DNA of 64,000 nt from an uncultured Acidobacteriota bacterium (GTDB lineage Bacteria > Acidobacteriota > Vicinamibacteria > Vicinamibacterales > 2-12-FULL-66-21): positions 273,995 to 337,994 of the forward strand of contig CAVOHG010000001.1 of assembly GCA_963695655.1 (NCBI GenBank). The letters are read 5' to 3'. Of the stretch, positions 57,390 through 64,000 are shown one piece after another. The notes beneath the pieces are model-generated. The model was not told the DNA's origin. It worked only from the letters and a program-made list of their open reading frames with translations, and ran no database searches. Position 1 is the first letter of the stretch. Each line of letters starts with the position of its first letter. The translations under genes and the position numbers were made by a program.

Positions 57390-58307
57390 GTGTCGATGCT
57401 GCTGCCGCTGCTCGCATTCATTTTTGGCTCTCTCATAATCGCCGCTGCGGCGATCGCGCTGATGCCGAAGCCGGCGACCAGTATCGATCGCCGGATCGAG
57501 GAACTCACGAGCGCGCGCGCCACTGACGTCGACGCCACGCCCCGGTTCGACTCGATGATTGCCTTCTTCAAGCGCGTCGGCGAGAAGGCGCCCCGCTCGG
57601 CAAAGGAGATGGGCTCGCTGAGGCTGCGGCTCGTCCAGGCAGGGTATCGGCGCCACGAGGCGTTGACCATCTTCTTCGGCATTCGCGTGGTGTTTGCGCT
57701 GGCGTTGTTTTCGCTGTTTTCGACGTCAGTGCTTGCGCGCCCGAACATGACGCTTGCGCTCGGCGGGCTTGGCTTTGGCTACGTGCTGCCCGGCATGGTG
57801 CTCGCCCGGATGGCCAAGCGTCGCGCGCACCGGATCCGCCTCTCGCTTGCGGATGCCCTCGACCTCCTGGTGGTCAGTGTCGAAGCGGGTCTCGGCCTGG
57901 ACCAGGCGCTCTCGCGCGTCGGCATGGAGCTCGAGTTCGCCTATCCCGAGCTGTCGGACGAACTGCGGCTCATCAACCTGGAGCTCCGCGCCGGCAAGCC
58001 GCGAGCCGAGGCACTGCGCAATCTCGCCGATCGGACGGGCGTCGATGACTTGAGTGCGCTCGTCACGATGCTGATCCAGACCGACAAGTTCGGCACCAGC
58101 GTCGCGCAATCGCTTCGGGTGTATTCAGAGACTCTGCGCACGAAACGCCGTCAGCGCGCGGAGGAGGCGGCGGCGAAGACCGGCGTCAAGATGGTTTTCC
58201 CGCTGGTGTTCTGCATTTTCCCGGCGATTTGGATCGTGACCATCGGACCAGCCGCCATCAGATTCGTGACCGTGCTCTTTCCGCTGGTCGAGAACTCGCG
58301 GAAGTAG
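57390..58307 (+). CDS. tadC: TadC (type II secretion system F-family platform protein)
   Basis: 305 aa. LADALDLLVVSVEAGLGLDQAL...LIQTDKFGTSVAQSLRVYSETLR. Confidence 0.88.
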   Translation: MSMLLPLLAFIFGSLIIAAAAIALMPKPATSIDRRIEELTSARATDVDATPRFDSMIAFFKRVGEKAPRSAKEMGSLRLRLVQAGYRRHEALTIFFGIRVVFALALFSLFSTSVLARPNMTLALGGLGFGYVLPGMVLARMAKRRAHRIRLSLADALDLLVVSVEAGLGLDQALSRVGMELEFAYPELSDELRLINLELRAGKPRAEALRNLADRTGVDDLSALVTMLIQTDKFGTSVAQSLRVYSETLRTKRRQRAEEAAAKTGVKMVFPLVFCIFPAIWIVTIGPAAIRFVTVLFPLVENSRK

Positions 58308-58337
58308 CGCGACGCCCGCTCCACAGGTGCCATTGCG

Positions 58338-58697
58338 ATGTTGATTGCCAGAAACCTCAAAAACGGTGTCGTGGTCGCCGACCGTGTCGGCGTGGCCGAC
58401 ACGCGGGCGACCCGCGCGGTCGGCCTGCTCTCGCGGCGGGGACTCGAGTCCGGCGAGGCACTGTGGATCGTGCCGAGCCGCGGGGTGCACACCTGCGGGA
58501 TGCATTTCTCGATCGATGTGCTTGCGCTCGACGAAGCCGGTACCGTCATCGACCGCGTCGTCAACATGAAGCCGTGGCGCATCCGGTTGCCGAGACGGGG
58601 TACGGCCGGCGTTCTCGAGCTCCCGGCGGGCACCCTCGATGCTTCGGGGACCATGCTCGGCGACCGCATCGAACTCAGTAGCGCGGCCCTGGCGTAA
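58338..58697 (+). CDS. DUF192 domain protein
   Basis: 119 aa. RAVGLLSRRGLESGEALWIVPSRGVHTCGMHFSIDVLALDEAGTVI...VLELPAGT is the DUF192 (COG1430) pattern. Confidence 0.75.
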   Translation: MLIARNLKNGVVVADRVGVADTRATRAVGLLSRRGLESGEALWIVPSRGVHTCGMHFSIDVLALDEAGTVIDRVVNMKPWRIRLPRRGTAGVLELPAGTLDASGTMLGDRIELSSAALA

Positions 58698-58726
58698 GTT
58701 GATCCCGGTTCAATAAAGGTTTTCTG

Positions 58727-60061
58727 ATGAGCACTGCGACAGAAGCACCTCCCGTGCGTCGGACCGTCGCGGCCCCCGAGCCGCCGCCGCCTCCGGCCAC
58801 TCTGGAAGCGACCGGTCTCAATCCCGACACGCTGTCGCAGCTCCTGCTGAAGAGCCTCATTGCCGGGGAAGCGAGCGGCACCGGGCTGGCAGACAAGCTG
58901 CGCCTGCCTTACTCGGTGCTCGAGACGCTGGTGGAGCATGCCCGCATTGAAAAATTGATCGAAGTGCGCGGGTCGACGGGAACCGGTACCGCCGGGTACC
59001 GGTACGTGCTGACCGACCTCGGGCGCGATCGAGCGAACCAATTCCTCGACATCTGCCGGTACGTCGGCGCGGCGCCGGTGCCGCTCGCGCAGTACAACGC
59101 CTACGTGCGGGCGTGCATGGCGGCGCGTCCATACCTCGACCGGGAGCGCCTGTCCACCGGGTTCGAGCACCTCGTGGTGAACAAGGGGATGTTCGATCAG
59201 CTCGGGCCGGCGGTGAATTCGGGAAAGGCGCTGTTCCTATACGGCGCCCCCGGCAACGGCAAGACCGTCGTCGCGGAAGGCATCGGGCGCGCGCTCGGGG
59301 GCGAGATGTTCATCCCGGTTGCCGTCGATGTGGATGGCCAGCAGATTACGATGTTCGATCCGGTCAATCACCAGGCGGTCACTTCGGCGGCCGAACGTCA
59401 GAGCGTCATCACGGCGGCCGCTCACGATCGACGTTGGGAGCGGATTCGCCGGCCGGTCGTGGTCGTCGGCGGCGAGCTCACGCTCGAGATGCTGGATCTG
59501 ACGTTCAACCCGATTTCGAAGTTCTACGAAGCGCCCATTCAGATGAAGGCGAACGGCGGCGTGTTCGTGGTCGACGACTTCGGGCGCCAGCGCATTCCTC
59601 CGCGGGACCTGCTCAACCGCTGGATCGTGCCGCTCGAGAGCCGCGTGGACTTCCTGACGCTGCACACGGGGCGGAAGTTCGAAGTGCCGTTCAACGTGTT
59701 CATCGTATTCGCCACGAACTTGAAGCCCGAGTCGCTCGCCGACGAAGCGTTCCTCCGTCGCATTCCGTACAAAATTCTGGCGCAGAACCCCACCATCGAT
59801 GAGTATTGCCGCATTTTTGAACTGAATTGCAAACGGCGGAATCTGCCGTTCGATGCGGTCATGGTGCAGTATCTGGAGCGCACCTATTACAAGCCTCGAG
59901 GGCTGCAGATGCGTGCGTGCCACCCACGCGACCTGCTCGACCAGGTCGTCGACATCTGCAGGTATCAGAACCGAGAACCGGTGATCACGCGAGAGCTGCT
60001 CGATGCGGCGTGCGGCAGCTATTTCATCGAGGAATCCGAGTCACAGGGAGCAGGGGCATGA
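58727..60061 (+). CDS. AAA+ ATPase with N-terminal winged-helix-like domain
   Basis: Walker A LFLYGAPGNGKTV, Walker B GGVFVVDDFGRQ, sensor-1 FIVFATN, Arg-finger region FLRRIPYKI. The N-terminal about 100 aa look wHTH-like. The precise family was not recognised. Confidence 0.7.
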   Translation: MSTATEAPPVRRTVAAPEPPPPPATLEATGLNPDTLSQLLLKSLIAGEASGTGLADKLRLPYSVLETLVEHARIEKLIEVRGSTGTGTAGYRYVLTDLGRDRANQFLDICRYVGAAPVPLAQYNAYVRACMAARPYLDRERLSTGFEHLVVNKGMFDQLGPAVNSGKALFLYGAPGNGKTVVAEGIGRALGGEMFIPVAVDVDGQQITMFDPVNHQAVTSAAERQSVITAAAHDRRWERIRRPVVVVGGELTLEMLDLTFNPISKFYEAPIQMKANGGVFVVDDFGRQRIPPRDLLNRWIVPLESRVDFLTLHTGRKFEVPFNVFIVFATNLKPESLADEAFLRRIPYKILAQNPTIDEYCRIFELNCKRRNLPFDAVMVQYLERTYYKPRGLQMRACHPRDLLDQVVDICRYQNREPVITRELLDAACGSYFIEESESQGAGA

Positions 60062-60738
60062 AGCGGATGGCCCTTACCTTCCCGACGACGTTCGCAGCCG
60101 CGCCGCCGGACACCGGCGGGCTCACCGGCCGTGCCGATCGTCTGGCTGACATCACGGCGCGAGCCGGTGTCATCGTGCTGTTCTCGCTGATGGCGATGCG
60201 GCTTGGCGCCGACTTCGTGGCAACGGGCCGCACTACGGGGCTGCTGCTGCTGCTCAGCGAGCTGCTTGTCGTCGTGATGACCGTTCGCCGTCGGTCGGCC
60301 GCGGCGGTGGACCGAAGCGTGCAAGCCCGGTTGCTCACGCTCGCGTCAATGCTCGGGCCGCCGCTGCTGCAGCCAGCCGACGTCACCGCGATCGCGCCGG
60401 AGTCGACGACCGTGGCGCTCTCGATTGTCGGACTGGCCGTTGTGATCGCCGGCAAGGTGACGCTCGGACGCAGTTTCGGTCTGATTCCCGCAAACCGGGG
60501 CATCGTGTCCACCGGTCTTTATCGCCTCGTTCGCCACCCCATTTACCTCGGTTACCTCTTAACGCACCTGGCTTTTCTCGCGGCGAACCCTTCGCTCTGG
60601 AACATCGCGATCCTGATTGGTGCCGATACGGCCTTGCTCGCCCGGGCCGTGTGCGAAGAGAGGACGCTCGCGATCGATCCGAGGTATCAGGCGTATCGAT
60701 CGGCAGTCCGATGGAGAGTGTGTCCAGGCCTCTTCTGA
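60058..60738 (+). CDS. ICMT/PEMT-family membrane methyltransferase
   Basis: 226 aa from ATG 60058 overlapping the AAA+ stop (ATGA). Multi-TM. GLYRLVRHPIYLGYLLTHLAFLAANPS...EERTL is the isoprenylcysteine carboxyl / phospholipid methyltransferase signature. Confidence 0.75.
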   Translation: MKRMALTFPTTFAAAPPDTGGLTGRADRLADITARAGVIVLFSLMAMRLGADFVATGRTTGLLLLLSELLVVVMTVRRRSAAAVDRSVQARLLTLASMLGPPLLQPADVTAIAPESTTVALSIVGLAVVIAGKVTLGRSFGLIPANRGIVSTGLYRLVRHPIYLGYLLTHLAFLAANPSLWNIAILIGADTALLARAVCEERTLAIDPRYQAYRSAVRWRVCPGLF

Positions 60739-60775
60739 CCTGCCCGTCCACAACGGCAGCTCACCACTGGTGGCA

Positions 60776-61066
60776 TCACATATGGGGGACGTCCCCCCGG
60801 AGCATGGCGACGGTCGCGCCGAGGTGAGTCCCCGGCGCGTCGTCGAATGCACTCACGAGCGGGTGGCGCTCGAGCGCGGCCTGGACGATGCCGCGCTGGA
60901 CGCCGGTGCCGCGGCCGTGAATCAGGCGAACCTCGCGCAGACCGGCGGCGTGCGCCGCGCGGACATACTCGTCGACAACTGAACGGATGTCGCGCGGGTG
61001 GAAGGCGTGGAGGTCGAGCGAGTCTTCGATCGGGATGTGGACTGGAGGGTCGGGGTCGTCCGTCAC
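60776..61066 (-). CDS. Smr-domain protein
   Basis: 96 aa. LDLHAFHPRDIRSVVDEYVRAAHAAGLREVRLIHGRGTGVQRGIV is the Smr (MutS2 C-terminal-like) domain pattern. Confidence 0.75.
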   Translation of the reverse strand: MTDDPDPPVHIPIEDSLDLHAFHPRDIRSVVDEYVRAAHAAGLREVRLIHGRGTGVQRGIVQAALERHPLVSAFDDAPGTHLGATVAMLRGDVPHM

Positions 61067-61070
61067 CGCG

Positions 61071-61490
61071 TCAGGCCACCCTCGACGCGGGTGCGGGCTT
61101 GACTCGCGCCGGCGTGCCTGGCCGCCCCGGCTTCTCGTACGACGCCGTCACGACCGTGCTGATCCCGCCGCGCACGGAGAAATCCCCGATGACCGTCATG
61201 CGCCTGGGCTTGCACACCTCGACGAGTTCGTCGAGGATGCGGTTCGTCACCGCCTCGTAGAAGATCCCCTGGTTCCTGAACTCGACCATGTAGTACTTCA
61301 GCGCCCGCAGCTCCAGGCAGAGCTCGTCGGGGACGTAGGTGATCAGGATTTCGCCGAAATCGGGAAGGCCGGTCTTGGGACAGACGGACGTGAACTCCGG
61401 GCACCGGATCTCGATGTCGTAGTCGCGCTCGGGCTTGGGATTCGGGAAAGTCTCCAGCGTGCTGCTCGGCATGTCACAAAATTGTAGCAT
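61071..61490 (-). CDS. queF: NADPH-dependent 7-cyano-7-deazaguanine (preQ0) reductase
   Basis: [68 protein letters not shown] (QueF motif E(S/L)K(S/A)hK(L/Y)(Y/F/W) and catalytic Cys). The second ATG at 61472 is the likelier start. Confidence 0.88.
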   Translation of the reverse strand: MLQFCDMPSSTLETFPNPKPERDYDIEIRCPEFTSVCPKTGLPDFGEILITYVPDELCLELRALKYYMVEFRNQGIFYEAVTNRILDELVEVCKPRRMTVIGDFSVRGGISTVVTASYEKPGRPGTPARVKPAPASRVA

Positions 61491-61527
61491 TTACGGCCTT
61501 TTTTTCATGTCTGCGGGCGTACCGCGA

Positions 61528-61557
61528 TTGACACCGTAAAAGACCGCGGGCTAGGAT
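61528..61557 (+). promoter_or_regulatory. sigma70-type promoter for the HU gene
   Basis: TTGACA (61528-61533), an 18-nt spacer, TAGGAT (61552-61557). Implies a 5' UTR of about 160 nt before ATG 61725. Confidence 0.45.
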
Positions 61558-61724
61558 GTGGCTCGATTCCACCAGTCGGCTCGAGTGTTTCGGCCCGGTC
61601 GCGACCTGCGAACGAACGGGTGCTGCACGCGAGACGGCGGGCTACATTTTTTCCGCTGCCGCCGCACGCGCGCACGGCCGTTATGCGGGTCTTACTGAGC
61701 GCGCCCAAGCAAGGGGAATAGCCG

Positions 61725-62024
61725 ATGGCAGAGGCCCGCAGGATGGGCAAGTCCGAACTCTTTTCGCATTTCGCGGATCGCTTCGAAGTGAAGCGGACGC
61801 AGGCGCGGGAGTTCTTCGATGAACTGAACACGCTCGCGGAGAAGGAGCTGAAGCGGTCCGGGGAGTTCGTGCTGCCCGGGATGGTGAAGCTGGTCGTGCA
61901 GAAGCGCAAGGCGCGGATGGGACGCAACCCCGCCACCGGCGAGGCGATCAAGATCCCGGCGAAGACCGTGGTCAAGGCGCGGATCGCCAAGCAGCTGAAA
62001 GACACCGTTCTGCCCAAGAAGTAG
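61725..62024 (+). CDS. HU-family nucleoid-associated DNA-binding protein
   Basis: 99 aa. MGKSELFSHFADRFEVKRTQAREFFDELNTLAEKELKRSGEFVLPGMVKLVVQKRKARMGRNPATGEAIKIPAKTVVKARIAKQLK (the RNPxTGE arm is typical of HU/IHF). Confidence 0.88.
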   Translation: MAEARRMGKSELFSHFADRFEVKRTQAREFFDELNTLAEKELKRSGEFVLPGMVKLVVQKRKARMGRNPATGEAIKIPAKTVVKARIAKQLKDTVLPKK

Positions 62025-62048
62025 CGGGCACGAACGTCTCGCTCCCCC

Positions 62049-62094
62049 GGCCCCTGGCGCCGCCGGCGCGCCGCCAGAGGGCCGTTGTTTTTTG
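62049..62094 (+). terminator. intrinsic terminator after the HU gene
   Basis: Imperfect GC-rich hairpin GGCCCCTGGCG...CGCCAGAGGGCC followed by GTTGTTTTTTG. Confidence 0.6.
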
Positions 62095-62097
62095 TCG

Positions 62098-62164
62098 AAC
62101 CTCGCAGAACCTCGTAGAACCCGCAGAACCCCGTAGAACCCCGTAGAACCTGTAAAACCTGTCG
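62098..62164. repeat. tandem 9-10-nt array (GCAGAACCTC GTAGAACCC GCAGAACCCC GTAGAACCCC GTAGAACCT GTAAAACCT)
   Basis: Read directly. Lies between the HU terminator and the stop codon (62165) of the convergent histidine kinase. Confidence 0.8.
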
Positions 62165-63961
62165 CTAACCTGCGACGAGCATCGGCCGTGCCGTGGTGCG
62201 CGGGAAGTCGAGCACGAAGGTCGTGCCCTTGCCCACCTCGCTGGCGACGGTGATCTGTCCGCCGAGCTGCTCGACGATCTTCTTCGAGATCGCGAGTCCG
62301 AGGCCGAGACCGCGCCGCTTCGTCGTCACGAAATCCTCGAACACCTGCGCCAGGCGCTCCGGCGGAATCCCGCAGCCGGTGTCGTAGATGCGGACCTGCA
62401 CGCGTTCGGCCTGCGCCTCGGTCGCGACCACGATCAACCCGCCGGGCGCGGTCGCCTGGATCGCATTCAGGATCAGGTTGCGATACACCCTCCCGAGCGC
62501 GAACACGTCGCCCTCGATGAACACCGTCTCCGTCGTCAGCTCCGTCCGGAGCGTCAGCCCGGCGGTTTCGGCGTGCTGTTCCATCGCCTCGGCGGCATCC
62601 GCGACGGTGCGGTTCAAGTCGACGGCAAAGCGTTCGAGCGGGATCGGCCGCGCGATGTTGCGCAGGTCGTCGAGCACGCGCTTGACGATGACCAGTTCGC
62701 GTTCGACGGTTTTGCGGAACGTCTCGCGGTACTCGACGTCCTCGTACATCTTCTGAATCAGCTTGCAGCTGTTGCCGATGTTCTGAATCGGATGCGACAG
62801 ATCGTGCACCAGGCCGGCGGCGATGCGGCCGAACATCGCCTGGCGTTCCTGCTTGCGGACGTTTTCCTGCAGCTCGACCAGCCGATCGGCCATGGAGTTG
62901 AAGGCGTCGCCGAGCTGGCGGATTTCGTCCTGTCCGGAGGGGACGACGCGTTCGTCCATGTTGCCATCGGCGATCGCGCGCGTGACCCGCGTGAGCGCGA
63001 AGATGCGCTGGATGAACGATCGTCCCCACACCCAGCCGAGCACGACTGTGCCGAGCGTTGCGAGAGCGATGGCGCGAGGGAGCTGGCGCTCGAGCGAGTG
63101 CGCGACGGCAAAGGCATCACTCGTGGGCTGCTCGATGAGGACCGTCCATTGCGGGTTGGTCACCGACGCGGCGACCGCGAGCAACTCCTCACCTCGTGCG
63201 TTTGTGAACTTCGCAGACTCTCTCGACTCCGCATCGCGTCGCAGAGCATCGGCAAGCTTTCTTTCGGACGGTGATGCCGCCGCGCCGCGCGCAATCAGTC
63301 CCTTGTCGTTCGGATTCCCGTGTGCGAGCAGGCGCGCCCCATCGTCGACGAGAAGCGCGTAGCCTTCCCGCCCCACCTTGATCTTGTCCACCGTTCGCCA
63401 GAGTTCCTCGAGGGATATCTCCGCGATGATCCAGCCGGGGTCGTCCGTGCCTCCCGCGAGCGGAACAGCGATGGTGGTCGTGGGCAACCCGTCAGAGTCG
63501 AGGTGAAGGGTAGCCACGTAGAAGTCATTGGGCTTGCCTGCATGGCTGGCAGACGCGGGGATGGTCAAGGCGGTGGCGCCGACGCGGCTGGTCGCGCGCA
63601 CGCGGCCGGTGGCATCGAACGCGGTAATTTCCAGGAATTCGTCGAAATCGAGCACATGATTCCGCAGGATTCGTTCCTGCTGCCAGGGCTCGAGCTGCGT
63701 GCCTTTCAGCTCAGTGCCGATCGAGGAGAGCACACGAAGGTTGTTGTTGAAATAGAGCTGAATGAGCCCGGCAACCTGGTTGGCGACCGCCTGGTTTCCG
63801 AGTTTGACCGATTGTTCGGTTCCATCCCGCAAGGACCGCACCGACCACAGTCCGTACCCCATGAGCGGCAGGACTGCAGCCGTTGCGATCAGCAACACAA
63901 AACGGCCGGTGATCCCTCTCACCGGCTCGCACTCGTGGCATCGGCAAGGTGCCATTGCCAC
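62165..63961 (-). CDS. sensor histidine kinase (periplasmic Cache-like domain, HAMP, HisKA, HATPase_c)
   Basis: 598 aa. TM1 FVLLIATAAVLPLMGYGLW, an extracytoplasmic domain of about 250 aa, TM2 + HAMP (RIFALTRVTRAIADGNMDERV), H-box AAGLVHDLSHPIQNI, N/G boxes NLILNAIQAT, DTGCGIP, GLGLGLAISKKIV. Confidence 0.88.
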   Translation of the reverse strand: MAMAPCRCHECEPVRGITGRFVLLIATAAVLPLMGYGLWSVRSLRDGTEQSVKLGNQAVANQVAGLIQLYFNNNLRVLSSIGTELKGTQLEPWQQERILRNHVLDFDEFLEITAFDATGRVRATSRVGATALTIPASASHAGKPNDFYVATLHLDSDGLPTTTIAVPLAGGTDDPGWIIAEISLEELWRTVDKIKVGREGYALLVDDGARLLAHGNPNDKGLIARGAAASPSERKLADALRRDAESRESAKFTNARGEELLAVAASVTNPQWTVLIEQPTSDAFAVAHSLERQLPRAIALATLGTVVLGWVWGRSFIQRIFALTRVTRAIADGNMDERVVPSGQDEIRQLGDAFNSMADRLVELQENVRKQERQAMFGRIAAGLVHDLSHPIQNIGNSCKLIQKMYEDVEYRETFRKTVERELVIVKRVLDDLRNIARPIPLERFAVDLNRTVADAAEAMEQHAETAGLTLRTELTTETVFIEGDVFALGRVYRNLILNAIQATAPGGLIVVATEAQAERVQVRIYDTGCGIPPERLAQVFEDFVTTKRRGLGLGLAISKKIVEQLGGQITVASEVGKGTTFVLDFPRTTARPMLVAG

Positions 63962-64000
63962 AGGTTGCCGAAGACGTCGGGGCTGGATTCGTCGCCCACG

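Noticed and set aside
61491-61724. preQ1 riboswitch upstream of queF, or a small ORF (61556-61822) in the HU leader.
   Set aside because: There are only about 20 nt between the candidate queF promoter and the ATG, leaving no room for an aptamer. The 88-aa ORF overlaps the HU start out of frame and has no SD or recognisable product.
63962-64000. Partial gene at the right window edge.
   Set aside because: 39 nt is too short to call anything.

Overview
GC-rich (by eye about two-thirds G+C) chromosomal segment of a diderm bacterium. The gene content (DUF1501/DUF1800 pair, Ser/Thr kinase with TPR tail, Tad/Flp pilus locus, GCPII-like M28 peptidase) would fit Acidobacteriota/Gemmatimonadota-like soil lineages, but taxonomy cannot be settled without a database search. 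0-20 kb: a divergent arginine regulon (argC-argB-argD-GNAT-argJ on minus, argR-argG-argH on plus), an OMP, YihY, a frameshifted thiO-like oxidase, and a tetR-MFP-RND operon in which the RND permease runs in frame into a TolC-like outer-membrane factor. 20-38.7 kb: pterin dehydratase, an orphan BMC-H shell protein, a D-TA-type PLP enzyme, DUF1501 (frameshifted)/DUF1800, M28 peptidase, APC permease, a degenerate amidohydrolase, panE, a Ser/Thr kinase, persulfide-dioxygenase-rhodanese + TauE + DUF1634, and a GAF protein. 38.8-44.7 kb: an SNF2 helicase plus a type IIG/PglX-like N6-adenine methyltransferase, both broken by many frameshifts (a decayed defence-like module). 44.9-60.7 kb: a FrzS-like pseudo-receiver/coiled-coil gene and a tad/cpa locus (three flp pilins behind a sigma54-type promoter, cpaA, cpaB, cpaC, tadG-like, cpaE, cpaF, tadB, tadC), followed by DUF192-AAA+-ICMT genes. 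cpaB and cpaC are interrupted by several frameshifts. Right end: smr, queF, HU, a sensor kinase. The most unusual signal is non-coding: a family of strictly 7-nt-phased tandem arrays (NNNCTGA, NNNCCAG, NAACTGG, GAACCCC unit types) filling at least seven intergenic gaps, two of them inside operons. No rRNA, tRNA, CRISPR, transposase or integrase was recognised. The ORF track uses GTG/TTG as well as ATG starts, so several track ORFs are upstream over-extensions; starts were re-picked where stated.
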